Positions 29,377 to 38,590 of a DNA stretch of 64,000 nucleotides are shown here, in pieces. The stretch is from Thermoanaerobaculia bacterium (GTDB lineage Bacteria > Acidobacteriota > Thermoanaerobaculia > UBA5066): positions 3,616,001-3,680,000 of the forward strand of contig CAVRAY010000001.1 of assembly GCA_963719225.1 (NCBI GenBank). The letters are read 5' to 3'. The notes below the pieces were generated by a model. That model searched no databases. It was not told where the DNA came from and was given only the letters and a program-made list of their open reading frames with translations. Position 1 is the first letter of the stretch; the number at the start of each line of letters is the position of its first letter. The translations under genes were made by a program, and so were the position numbers.

Positions 29377-30604
29377 CACGGCGCGTGCGAGGTGCAAGCG
29401 TGCGTGAGCGCACCCTCGCGCACGCGCCGTGCCCGCTAGCGACTCGACAGGAGGCTTCGCCGACGCCGAGGACACGCCCGAAGAGCACGGCCGGAGACAA
29501 CGCCCCCGGCGGCTCCGGCGAGAGGGGCTGGTGGCGCCGGCCGCGGCGGCAGCGCGCGTGCCGGGCCCCTCTTCCCCGGCCCTTCTCCCGGCACGCGCGC
29601 TGCAAACGCCGCTTGCCGATAAACGCGTTTATCGGCTCCGGTGCTTTTCATTTCCCGGCCGCGCGTGCGCGGCCGGGGGCACCCCTCTCGCCTCCGGGCG
29701 TCGCTTCGCTCGGCCGTTTACATAACGTGGCGCTATGTAAACCCGCCGGGGGCATTAAGGCGCGCGCGAATAGCGCGAGCTGCTTGAAGGCCTGTCATTG
29801 CGCGTGCTTTCTTCGCGCGCGTGCGTTTGCGGTCCTCGACGGGGCTGCGGTCCTCAACCCACGCGCGCGGCACGCTCGTGCCAGGCCGGGAGAGCGCGCG
29901 GGGCACGAAGGCACCGCGCGCGGCCTCCGGCCGCGCGCCGGAGGCGCGCAGCGCGCGAAATCTCTGGTGCTCCGGGGCGCGGCGCGAACCGTGCCGCGCG
30001 CAGGATCGAGGACGCGCAGGGACGAGAACCGCAGATGCCGCGCGCGAAGCGACGCACGGAGCGTGACGCGCCTACAGCGCCCGCGCCGAAGGCGCGCGCG
30101 AAAATTCTTCGCGCCGCTTCTCGAAGCCACGGATCTCGAGGAGGCCCCGGCGCCAAGCCCCCGCGCGCGCGAGTTGCTGCGCGCTACGGCGCGCAGCCTC
30201 AGCACATAGCGCTCGCGTTATGTGAAGGGCGCGAAGCGCCCCGGAGGCGTGCGGGGTGCCCCCGCGAAACGAAGTGAAGCGGGAAATGAAAGTGCCGGGG
30301 ACGGTAATAGGCCATTACCGGCCAGCGGCCGCGCGCGCAGCGCGTGGATGCAGCGCGCGTGACGGGCAGGGGAACGTGGGGCCCCGCCCGGCGCGCGCGC
30401 CGCAGAGCGCCCGGCGCCAACGCCCCGCACGCCGGAGCTCGCGCGCGCGGGGCGGATGGTGCGCCGGGTACGCCGAGAGGAAAGCCGATCAGCGCGGAGC
30501 AGTCGAGAGCCGGGAGCGCGGCGCGCCGCTTGCGCGAGAGCGCGACGACCGAGCACGTGTACTCGCGCGCGTAGGTGGTCGCGCGCGAGCCGCAGCAAGC
30601 GGCG
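29377..30604. repeat. Non-coding nested inverted-repeat/structured region of element A (copy 2 at 47434-48661)
   Basis: Diverged inverted pair 29512-29742 / 30203-30438; inner stem 29811-29874 / 29990-30049; flanking hairpins 29377-29431 and 30524-30604. Confidence 0.85.
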
Positions 30605-30658
30605 TGACGTCGCGGGCCGTCAGCGAGGGAAGTGCACTCCAAGCCGAGGCATCACGAA

Positions 30659-31048
30659 TCAGGCGCCGCGACTCTTCGCCCGGCGCTCGGCCAGCGCATC
30701 GATGATCTTGAAGACGGCCTTCTGGTCGTGCGGAGGCAGCTCGTCGAGTCGCTTGAGATGTTTCTGCCGCTGCACGCTCGTCGCGGGCGCCGCTCCCCCG
30801 CTGCGCTCCGGCGCCTTCTTGCGGCCGAGAAGAATGTCGGTCGAAACGTCGAGCGCGTCGGCGATCGCGACGAGGAGCTCGGGTGGCGGGGAAACTCCGC
30901 GCACCTCGTAATAGGTGATCGTCTGCTGCGGCACGCCAATCTTCTTGGCGAGCTCGGCCTGCGTCAGACCCTTCGCGATCCGGAAGCGCCGAATCCGGTC
31001 CCCGAGCGTCTCAGTATTGCCTGATTTCTTCTTCCGTTTCCGCGCCAT
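30659..31048 (-). CDS. XRE-family HTH repressor (copy 1)
   Basis: LGDRIRRFRIAKGLTQAELAKKIGVPQQTITYYE..P..LVAIADALDVSTDILLG. Confidence 0.92.
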   Translation of the reverse strand: MARKRKKKSGNTETLGDRIRRFRIAKGLTQAELAKKIGVPQQTITYYEVRGVSPPPELLVAIADALDVSTDILLGRKKAPERSGGAAPATSVQRQKHLKRLDELPPHDQKAVFKIIDALAERRAKSRGA

Positions 31049-31095
31049 TACCGCCGAGTTTAGGAGTGCTTCGGCAACACAAAGGCTAGCCGGGT

Positions 31096-31123
31096 TTGCC
31101 AGATTACATAAGACTTGTGTAAT
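31096..31123 (+). promoter_or_regulatory. Rightward promoter/operator of element A (copy 2 at 49153-49180)
   Basis: TTGCCA-16 nt-TGTAAT containing the palindrome ATTACA-N9-TGTAAT, divergent from the XRE gene. Confidence 0.65.
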
Positions 31124-31137
31124 CACGGAGGCATCAT

Positions 31138-31239
31138 CGGTACAGCAGGCGGTCAGGGGTATTTGCCCTAGGAAACGTGCTCACCCACTCGTAAGGCCTC
31201 GCTTTTTGGGGGAAAATGCTCGTGTCAGCCTTTATCGCA
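31138..31239 (+). promoter_or_regulatory. Right att arm of element A ending in the crossover core
   Basis: CGGTACAGCAGGCGGTCAGGGGT starts 96 bp before the ATCGCA core of CCTTT-ATCGCA. Sequence after the core (GACAGT) only partly resembles the tRNA (CTCAGG). Confidence 0.7.
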
Positions 31240-31311
31240 GACAGTCGCGCGCTGTCGCCCGGACCGCCACCGCGGGCTGCGACGCTTCCCTCCGCCTTAG
31301 AATCCTAGTGA

Positions 31312-32430
31312 ATGTCCGAACAAGACAACGCATTGATGCGAATCGCCGTTAGCGAGGCGTCGAAGTGTGTGCCTGAGAATGGTGGCGCCCGTCCGCGCGT
31401 CGGCGTAGTCGTGGCAAAAGATGGCGAACTCCTCTGTTCAGCACATCGCGGCGAATTGAAACCTGGCGAACACGCAGAATTCACCGCCCTCGAAGGGAAG
31501 CTCGCAACGACCCCGGTAGCGGGGGCCACCCTCTATACGACCCTCGAGCCGTGCACATCTCGCAACCATCCGAAGGTGCCGTGTGCAGAGCGCCTTATCC
31601 AGAGAAAGATCGCGCGCGTGCTCATCGGGATGCTTGATCCAAATCCAAACATATCGGGCCGCGGTCTTCGTCGTCTGCGCGAAGCTAATATCGTTACTGA
31701 ACTCTTCCCATCAAACCTAATGGCGGAACTCGAGGAGCTCAATCGAGAGTTCATCGCAACCTTCCCCTCCGCTGGGGCGGCTCCTCGCGCGGCCGAGCTA
31801 GCCCCTCCGACTCCGTCCGGCCCGTCTCCGGTCGACTACTCGCCTATCGTCCTTACCGGCAGGGGCCAACAAGCGTCGGCCCTTTTTTCCCTAAAAGCAG
31901 GCCTCCACGTCTTCAAGCTATCGCATGACGGGATGGGCCATTTTGGTGTCTGGCTACTCGACACCCGGGGTAACAAGATCGACCTACTAGCGAATCAGAA
32001 CGGTAGCTTCGCAGGATCTAAGGCTGTAGCGATCTCATCACCAGACCAGTTCCTCGTGAACGTGGCGGCCGATGGCGCCTGGCTGGTGTCAGCCGTCGCG
32101 TCCGGGCCGTCCGCGCCCATCCCGGCATCTGAACTGCCACGCTTTGTTCCCGGCGCGGTGCAGTCGTCGCGGGGGGTGTTCGTGTACCACCTCACGAATC
32201 GGGGCGCCGAGATCTACGACCTGGCCCTCCAGCCGGCGCCATCCTTGTCCCTCTCTCTCTCTCACGATTCAATTCTCGCGAGCGGCCAGACTTTTCAGAT
32301 CACAGTCTCGGGACAGCAGCCATTGGCCCCAGTAACCGTCTCGCTTCGATACGTGACCTCTTCTGGGCGAGAGGCACTCCAACTCATCCACCTCCCGCAG
32401 GACCATAAGCGCGCCAACATGGTGCCCTAG
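31312..32430 (+). CDS. RibD-like Zn deaminase domain fused to beta-sandwich domains
   Basis: HAEFTALE, LYTTLEPC..PC and GMLDPNP motifs. No reductase domain; a Pro linker is followed by two beta-rich domains. Confidence 0.8.
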   Translation: MSEQDNALMRIAVSEASKCVPENGGARPRVGVVVAKDGELLCSAHRGELKPGEHAEFTALEGKLATTPVAGATLYTTLEPCTSRNHPKVPCAERLIQRKIARVLIGMLDPNPNISGRGLRRLREANIVTELFPSNLMAELEELNREFIATFPSAGAAPRAAELAPPTPSGPSPVDYSPIVLTGRGQQASALFSLKAGLHVFKLSHDGMGHFGVWLLDTRGNKIDLLANQNGSFAGSKAVAISSPDQFLVNVAADGAWLVSAVASGPSAPIPASELPRFVPGAVQSSRGVFVYHLTNRGAEIYDLALQPAPSLSLSLSHDSILASGQTFQITVSGQQPLAPVTVSLRYVTSSGREALQLIHLPQDHKRANMVP

Positions 32431-32589
32431 CACCTTGCGATTGCGTGGGCCAGCGGGAACGCGACAAGCGCTGGCTGTTCCGGGCGGCAAGTACCTTCGA
32501 ATGGCCTCGGTCCATCCAGACCCCGGTTCCGCGTACCGCCGCTGATTCGCACGCCTAGAGTGAGGTTCTGACACGAGAGGTGCATCCGG

Positions 32590-32612
32590 GGGCGGTGCTC
32601 GCTACACCGCCC
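32590..32612. terminator. GC-rich hairpin between convergent genes
   Basis: GGGCGGTG-N7-CACCGCCC; no clear U tract. Confidence 0.4.
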
Positions 32613-32636
32613 TTCGGGAATGAAAGCTGACCAACG

Positions 32637-33950
32637 TCAGCGTTCCGCCCGGGGCAAAGTGAGCGTAGCCCGGCACCCGCACATCCCCTCGCGGTTTCTG
32701 AGTGAGAGCGCACCACCATGAGCCTCCGCGATCTGGCGGGAGAGAACCAGGCCAATGCCAGACCCTTCCGCTTTTGTCGTGAAGAACGGGACGAACAGGT
32801 TCGCGCTTTCAAGCAAACCCGGGCCATCGTCATCCACCTTGATATCAACCTCGTCAGGCCTCAGCGACCAGCCGACGCGGACGCCACCACCAGTCTCGAG
32901 GGCGGCGTCTGCGGCGTTCCGCAGAAGGTTGATCAGGGCCTGCTCAATCTGGTCTACGTCGGCGAACACGTCCACGGGCGTGCTTTCCTCGACGTCGACC
33001 ATTAGCCGGGTTTCAAAGCCAGCAGCGCGTCGAACCACGGCGTCCACCGCCATGGGTGCTAAGCGTGGCTTCGGCAGCCGCGCGAGGCGCCCGTAGGCGT
33101 CCATGAAGCGGCCAAGCGATTCCACACGCGACGCAATGACGGCGAGCCCCCGGCCTACGTCTTCGTCCCAGTCCGCGGGCCGCGGGTGGCGCTTCATCGA
33201 GCGTTCCAGACTTCCCGCGATGGAGCGGATCGGCGTAAGCGAGTTGTTCAGCTCATGTCCCATGACGCGAATCAGACGCTGCCAGGCTTCGTGTTCCTCT
33301 TGATGGAGCGCCCGGGAGAGATCCGCGAGGACGACGAGAAGATGAACGCGTCCCTCCTGTCGGAATCGGCCTCTCTTCACACCCCAGCGCCCGCTTCCCC
33401 CTGGAAGTGCGAGGTCAAGCGTCGGCCGGTCGTCGCTCAGTGCATCGGAGAGCCCGATGTCGGAAGCGGTGCGACCGAGGAGCTGTTCCGCTGGCCGCCC
33501 GAGCAGTCGTTCGCCTGCTCTATTCACCAGACGAAGGGCGGGGCCTTCGTCGAACGCGAAGATTGCCACGTCCATTTCCGTCATCACCGTGCGCAGGAGG
33601 GCGTTCGCTTCCAGAGTTCCAAGTCTCTGTTCGCGGTAGGACTCCGCGAGTGCATTCACTTCGCCCGTGACTTCGGCGAGCGCGTCCCGACCGTCGACCC
33701 GCCCGCGAATCGAAGAATCACCCTCGCGGAGCGCTGAAAGGAGGTTCGCGAGAGTTCGGAGTGAATGCCGTACACGACCACGAACGGCCGCCGCAAACCC
33801 CAACCAGGAAGCCACCAGGGCGAGCGTGACTGCCACCTTGACGCCGACCCCTTGAGCCGTTGCGAAGAGAAGCGCCAGCGAGACGACGGTGGCGGGAGCC
33901 CCCGCGAGGAGCGCGAATGTAAGGACGTCCCTCTCATGCCCTCCTCTCAT
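32637..33950 (-). CDS. Membrane sensor histidine kinase (PAS, NtrY-like)
   Basis: Two TM helices; GHELNNSLTPI, NLLRNA, DDGPG, FFTTK..GSGIGL. Confidence 0.92.
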   Translation of the reverse strand: MRGGHERDVLTFALLAGAPATVVSLALLFATAQGVGVKVAVTLALVASWLGFAAAVRGRVRHSLRTLANLLSALREGDSSIRGRVDGRDALAEVTGEVNALAESYREQRLGTLEANALLRTVMTEMDVAIFAFDEGPALRLVNRAGERLLGRPAEQLLGRTASDIGLSDALSDDRPTLDLALPGGSGRWGVKRGRFRQEGRVHLLVVLADLSRALHQEEHEAWQRLIRVMGHELNNSLTPIRSIAGSLERSMKRHPRPADWDEDVGRGLAVIASRVESLGRFMDAYGRLARLPKPRLAPMAVDAVVRRAAGFETRLMVDVEESTPVDVFADVDQIEQALINLLRNAADAALETGGGVRVGWSLRPDEVDIKVDDDGPGLLESANLFVPFFTTKAEGSGIGLVLSRQIAEAHGGALSLRNREGMCGCRATLTLPRAER

Positions 33951-35350
33951 CGTGGGGGCAGCGGCAGGGGGGGTCGCGCGCCTCCCACCGCGGAAATGCC
34001 GTACCTCTCCAGCCTCCGGTAAAGCGCCCCGCGAGAGAGCCCCAGTGCATTCGCCGCTAGGCTGACGTTGTTCCCGAAGCGTGCGAGGGCCTTGCGGATG
34101 AGGTGGGCCTCGACGTCCTCAAGGCTCATGTCGTCGAGGGTCGGGCCCGGCCCGTACGCCGTCCTGAGCCCGAGATCGGCGACCCTGATCTTCTCCCCCG
34201 CCGCCATGAGAACCCCGCGCTCCACGGAATGATCCAGCTCGCGGACGTTCCCCGGCCACCGATAAGCCAACATGGCCTGAACCGCTTCAGGCTCGAAACC
34301 GGTCACCGCCTTTCGAGTCTTGCTGGCGTGACGTGAGAGAAAGAGGTGTGCGAGGAGGGGGATGTCCTCGTACCTGTCGCGAAGGGGCGGGATGGGAATC
34401 TCGACTGTATTGAGGCGGAAAAAAAGATCCTGCCGAAGTCGACCGGACGCGAGGTCCGCTCGGACGTCGGAATTGGTAGCCGAGAAGATCCGTACCGAGA
34501 CGCGCCGGGTTCGCGACGACCCGACCCGTTCAAATTCGCCGGTCTCGACGACCCGGAGGAGCTTCGGCTGGAGTGAGAGCGGGAGCTCGGCGATTTCATC
34601 GAGGAAGAGCGTGCCGCCGTCCGCAAGCTCAAACCGACCAACCCGATCCGACTTCGCGTCGGTAAACGCACCTCGGACGTGCCCGAAGAGCTCGCTCTCG
34701 AAGACGCCCTCGGGGAGGCCGCCCACGTTCACCGTCACGAGCGGCTGGTTGTTGGCGCGCGATGCGGCGTGAAGTGCGCGCGCGACGGCTCCCTTTCCGC
34801 TCCCGTTTTCGCCGGTGATGAGAACGTTCGCGTCGGAGGGGCCCACGCGAGCGATCAATTCAAGGGCCGGTCGCATCGCCTTGGACTCCGCGAGCAGGTC
34901 GGGGCGCCCTCCCTCGCGCAGCAGGCGGTTTTCTAACGCGAGCCTTTCGCCACGCCGAATCGTCCGCGAGAGTTCGGCCTGCGTCTTCAGAATCTGAAGC
35001 AGTCGCTCGTTTTCCCAAGGCTTCTGGACGAAGTCACGCGCCCCAAGCCGCATCGCTTCCACGGCCAGCCCCACGCTGCCCCAAGCGGTCATCACGACCA
35101 CCGGGAGCGTCGGGTCGACGGCGTGAATACTGGCGAGAAGACCCAGTCCTTCGCGCCCAGACGTCGTGTCTCGCGTGTAGTTCAAATCCGCGAGGAGAAC
35201 GTCGAAGTCGCGCGCTTCGAGCGCCGCGACGACACCGCCCGGCGAGCTGACGGTTTCGATTTCGAAGTCTTCTCCCTTGAGGAGCAGTCGTAGAGCTTCG
35301 ACGACGTCGTGCTGGTCGTCAGCGATCAAAAGGCGAGCGGGAACGTTCAT
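33947..35350 (-). CDS. Sigma54-dependent response regulator (NtrC family)
   Basis: REC domain, GENGSGK, ESELFGH..GAFTDA, WPGNVREL, C-terminal Fis-type HTH. Confidence 0.95.
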   Translation of the reverse strand: MNVPARLLIADDQHDVVEALRLLLKGEDFEIETVSSPGGVVAALEARDFDVLLADLNYTRDTTSGREGLGLLASIHAVDPTLPVVVMTAWGSVGLAVEAMRLGARDFVQKPWENERLLQILKTQAELSRTIRRGERLALENRLLREGGRPDLLAESKAMRPALELIARVGPSDANVLITGENGSGKGAVARALHAASRANNQPLVTVNVGGLPEGVFESELFGHVRGAFTDAKSDRVGRFELADGGTLFLDEIAELPLSLQPKLLRVVETGEFERVGSSRTRRVSVRIFSATNSDVRADLASGRLRQDLFFRLNTVEIPIPPLRDRYEDIPLLAHLFLSRHASKTRKAVTGFEPEAVQAMLAYRWPGNVRELDHSVERGVLMAAGEKIRVADLGLRTAYGPGPTLDDMSLEDVEAHLIRKALARFGNNVSLAANALGLSRGALYRRLERYGISAVGGARPPLPLPPR

Positions 35351-35378
35351 CGCTTTACAAAGGTTACTCGCGTCGCGT

Positions 35379-37787
35379 TCATTCGCCCCGGAGCGCGATT
35401 GCAGGGTCCACGCGCGTGGCCGGAAGGGCCGGAAGGACGCATGCAGCCCCGGCCATCACAACCAGTAGCGCGACCGTCGCAACGAATACCGAGCCATCTA
35501 GCGCGTTCACGCCGAAGAGAAAACTCGACAGGAAGCGGGTAAGGGCTGCGGCGCCCAAGACACCCACGACGGCACCAAGGAGAACGGGAATCATCCCCTG
35601 CCAGGCGATCAGGCGCACCACATCTCGTGGGAGTGCACCTAGTGCGAGCCGGATGCCGATCTCGTGTCGTCGTTCACCTACGCCGTGCGCGACGACGCCA
35701 TAGATTCCGATGCAGGCGAGAAGGATCGCCAGTGCCGCAAACCCAGTCAGGAGGCCTGTCCGGAGTTTCGGCTGGCTCAGGGAAAGGTCCCTCAGCTGTT
35801 GCAGGGTCATCACCCCGTGTATGGGCTGAGTTGGATCGACTTCAGCTGCCGCGCGTCTCACCGCAGATGTGAGCGACGAGGGATCGACGCTGCTCTTCAG
35901 GACGATCGTCATGAGCGACGCGGTCCGAGCGAAGAGCTTGGAGGCGTTCTGGCCATACGGGACATAGACGGTGGGGCGCGCTTCCTGATCGAGCCCTTGG
36001 GACCTCACATCGCCCACGACCCCCACGATCTCGCGCCAATCACCCGGGTCGTTCAGGCTAATTCGCTGACCCACCGGACTTCGGTCCGGGAAGTACCGAC
36101 GCGCGAGCGCCTGGTTCACGACGGCGACGTCCGGCGCCCCCGGACCATCGAGCGCAGTGAAAGCGCGCCCCTCCTGGACCGGGATCCCCAACACTCCGAA
36201 GTAGTCGGCGCTCACGACGCCATACTGGGCGACCCCTTCGGACCCCGTGTCGCGCGAACGCCCCGCCACGAGAAGGCCGGTGGAACCCATTCCGAGACTG
36301 AGAGGTATTGAGCTGCCCGCGGCCGCGAGCTTCACGCCGGGTACCACGGCGGTGCGCTCCAGAAGCCGGCGGAAGAAATCTGCTTGCCGCGCCCGGTCGG
36401 GATAGCGCGACTGTGGCAGCGCGACCCGATACGTCAGGACGTTAGATGGCTCGAATCCGAGAGCCACGCCCGAAAGGCGTGCGAGGCTCTTGAGAAAGAG
36501 GCCTGCCCCCACGACGAGGAGAATGGCGAGCGCCGTCTCGAAGCCAACCAGAAGGGCGCGCGCCGTCCGCCTTTCCCTGCTTGCTGTCGCTCGCCCGCCC
36601 TCTTTGAGCCCCTCTGCGGGCAAGTCCCGTGCGGCGTGGAAAGCGGGAAAGAGCCCGAACAGTACGGTGACGGCAATGGCAACGACGAGTGTGAAGAGAA
36701 ACACTGGGAGCTGAATGCCGACTTCGGGCATCCGCGGGAGATTTGGGTCGGCCGCCCTAAAGGCGGCCAGAGACCAAGTAGCCAGAAGAAGACCGAGTGC
36801 ACTGCCGGCGGCCGCGAGCAACGCGCTTTCCGTGAGGAGCTGGCGCACCAGTCGAAGCGGGCCCGCACCTAGCGCCGCGCGGATGGCGAATTCCCTCTGT
36901 CTCGCGGCCCCGCGCGCTAGAAGGAGGTGCGCGACGTTTGCACATGCGATCAGGAGAACGATGGCGACCGCTGCTCCCAAGGCGAGAAAGGCCGGACGAA
37001 ACTCACCGACGGAAGCCTCGCGCCAAGGCACGAGGACAGCGGCGAGTGGTGGGTCCTGATGGAAGTCCCGGGACGTCCCCACCATGAGAAGGTCCATCTC
37101 GGCCTGAGCGGCCTTGATGGAGATTCCTGGAGCGAGGCGGCCGTATGCACGGAGGTACGTCGTGTTTCGCGCCGAGCGATCGCTGGGCCCGAGGGCGAGC
37201 GGCAGGAGAAGGTCCGCACCAACAAAGTGAAATGAAGCGGGCATGACCGCCGCTACGACGTGCGGTTCGCCGTTAAGCAAGATCGTCTTCCCCAACAACG
37301 TCGTCTGCCCGCCGAATCGCCGCTGCCAGAGGCCGTCAGTGAGTACCACCGTCTTCGGCGCGCCGGGTCGGTCTTCATCGGGCCCGAAGAACTGACCAGA
37401 AGAAGGCGGAATCCCTAGAAGTGGGAAGAGTGAAGCCGACACCTTCGCGCCGACCACTCGCTCCGGCTCGCCCTCGCCGTTCAGCGTGACGCTGATGGTG
37501 CTGACGCCGGTGACGTTCGTCAGCGAGGTAAGACGATCCTTCCAGTCGAGAACGTCTGCGGGAGCCACGCCTGACCGTCCTGCCTTTGCATCAGAGCGGA
37601 AGATCTGGACGATTCTCTCGGAGTCGGCATAAGGGAGAGGCTTCAGGAGGACGCCGTTGACGACGCTGAACAGGGCCGCATTGGCGCCAATGCCGAGCGC
37701 AAGCGTCACGACTGATGCGACGGTAAACCCCGGAGCTCTGCTCAGGGAACGGAGAGCGTAGCGAAGGTCCTGAAGAAGCGCATTCAT
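35379..37787 (-). CDS. MacB/FtsX-type duplicated ABC permease (ADOP-like)
   Basis: LQDLRYALR..PGFT..TLALGIGAN, LLIACANVA, REFAIRAALGA, EIGIRLALGA, ALRGE end. Confidence 0.92.
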   Translation of the reverse strand: MNALLQDLRYALRSLSRAPGFTVASVVTLALGIGANAALFSVVNGVLLKPLPYADSERIVQIFRSDAKAGRSGVAPADVLDWKDRLTSLTNVTGVSTISVTLNGEGEPERVVGAKVSASLFPLLGIPPSSGQFFGPDEDRPGAPKTVVLTDGLWQRRFGGQTTLLGKTILLNGEPHVVAAVMPASFHFVGADLLLPLALGPSDRSARNTTYLRAYGRLAPGISIKAAQAEMDLLMVGTSRDFHQDPPLAAVLVPWREASVGEFRPAFLALGAAVAIVLLIACANVAHLLLARGAARQREFAIRAALGAGPLRLVRQLLTESALLAAAGSALGLLLATWSLAAFRAADPNLPRMPEVGIQLPVFLFTLVVAIAVTVLFGLFPAFHAARDLPAEGLKEGGRATASRERRTARALLVGFETALAILLVVGAGLFLKSLARLSGVALGFEPSNVLTYRVALPQSRYPDRARQADFFRRLLERTAVVPGVKLAAAGSSIPLSLGMGSTGLLVAGRSRDTGSEGVAQYGVVSADYFGVLGIPVQEGRAFTALDGPGAPDVAVVNQALARRYFPDRSPVGQRISLNDPGDWREIVGVVGDVRSQGLDQEARPTVYVPYGQNASKLFARTASLMTIVLKSSVDPSSLTSAVRRAAAEVDPTQPIHGVMTLQQLRDLSLSQPKLRTGLLTGFAALAILLACIGIYGVVAHGVGERRHEIGIRLALGALPRDVVRLIAWQGMIPVLLGAVVGVLGAAALTRFLSSFLFGVNALDGSVFVATVALLVVMAGAACVLPALPATRVDPAIALRGE

Positions 37788-37854
37788 CGTTCGCACCGGA
37801 TCGGGGCCGCGCCATCGGCGAAACTCGCGGTACGAATACGCTGAAATCGGAGGT

Positions 37855-38577
37855 TCACGCCCTGGTTCCCCCGGCCGTCTCCTCGACAATTCGTCCGTCG
37901 AAAAGGTGAACCGAACGATCTGCGTAACGAGCGTAGCGGGCGTCGTGCGTGACCATGCAAATCGTCGCGCCGCCCCGGTGGAGTTCCCGGAGGAGGTCCA
38001 TTACCGCCTCCCCACTCTTTGAGTCGAGATTTCCCGTTGGCTCGTCAGCAAGCAGGACAGCGGGATCGGTGGCGACCGCGCGCGCCACGGCGACGCGCTG
38101 CTGTTGACCGCCGGAGAGCTGAGGCGGGTAGTGGTTCGTGCGGTGCGCCATTCCCACACGCTCGAGCGCCTCCATCGCCTTCAACCGGCGCTCCGAAGGC
38201 GCCCTGCCCTGATACGTAAGCGGGAGCTCGACATTTTCGAGTACGGTGAGGTCCCCGATCAAATTGAAGCTCTGGAAGACGAAGCCGATCTGCCGGTTTC
38301 GAACTCTCGCGCGTTCAGTGAGCGAGAGCGAAGCGACCGGCGTGCCACTCAACCAGTATTGACCCGCCGATGGCGTATCGAGCAGGCCGAGCAATGAGAG
38401 TAGCGTCGACTTGCCGCAACCAGACGGCCCGGCGATCGCGAGGTACTCACCCTTCTGGACGTTCAGATGAACGCCCGAGAGGGCATGAGTTTCGAGCTCG
38501 TCCGTAAAGAAGACCTTCTTCACGCCCTCGAGCCGAATGAGAGGGGGCTCCGCCGCTCCTTGGGGATCCTGTGTCAC
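37855..38577 (-). CDS. ABC transporter ATP-binding protein (LolD/MacB type)
   Basis: GPSGCGKST, LSGGQQQR, LADEPTGNLD. Confidence 0.95.
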   Translation of the reverse strand: MTQDPQGAAEPPLIRLEGVKKVFFTDELETHALSGVHLNVQKGEYLAIAGPSGCGKSTLLSLLGLLDTPSAGQYWLSGTPVASLSLTERARVRNRQIGFVFQSFNLIGDLTVLENVELPLTYQGRAPSERRLKAMEALERVGMAHRTNHYPPQLSGGQQQRVAVARAVATDPAVLLADEPTGNLDSKSGEAVMDLLRELHRGGATICMVTHDARYARYADRSVHLFDGRIVEETAGGTRA

Positions 38578-38590
38578 GCGTCCCTCCTCA

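Larger units (their letters stand above)
28984..31239. mobile_element. Integrase-less mini-element A (copy 1)
   Basis: 2256 bp direct repeat of 47041-49296 (offset 18057), bounded on both sides by the ATCGCA core. Confidence 0.88.

Noticed and set aside
29716-29742. Integron attC site (ACATAAC core)
   Set aside because: Too short, no L boxes, no cassette array, and the integrase resembles an island integrase rather than IntI.
29364-30705. Many overlapping ORFs in the structured part of element A (and A')
   Set aside because: No recognisable motifs or RBS, low-complexity Arg/Ala composition; better explained as non-coding inverted repeats.
32542-32552. CTGATTCGCAC, a 10/11 match to the tRNA att core at a cargo boundary
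   Set aside because: Too short to separate from chance and no arm motif nearby.
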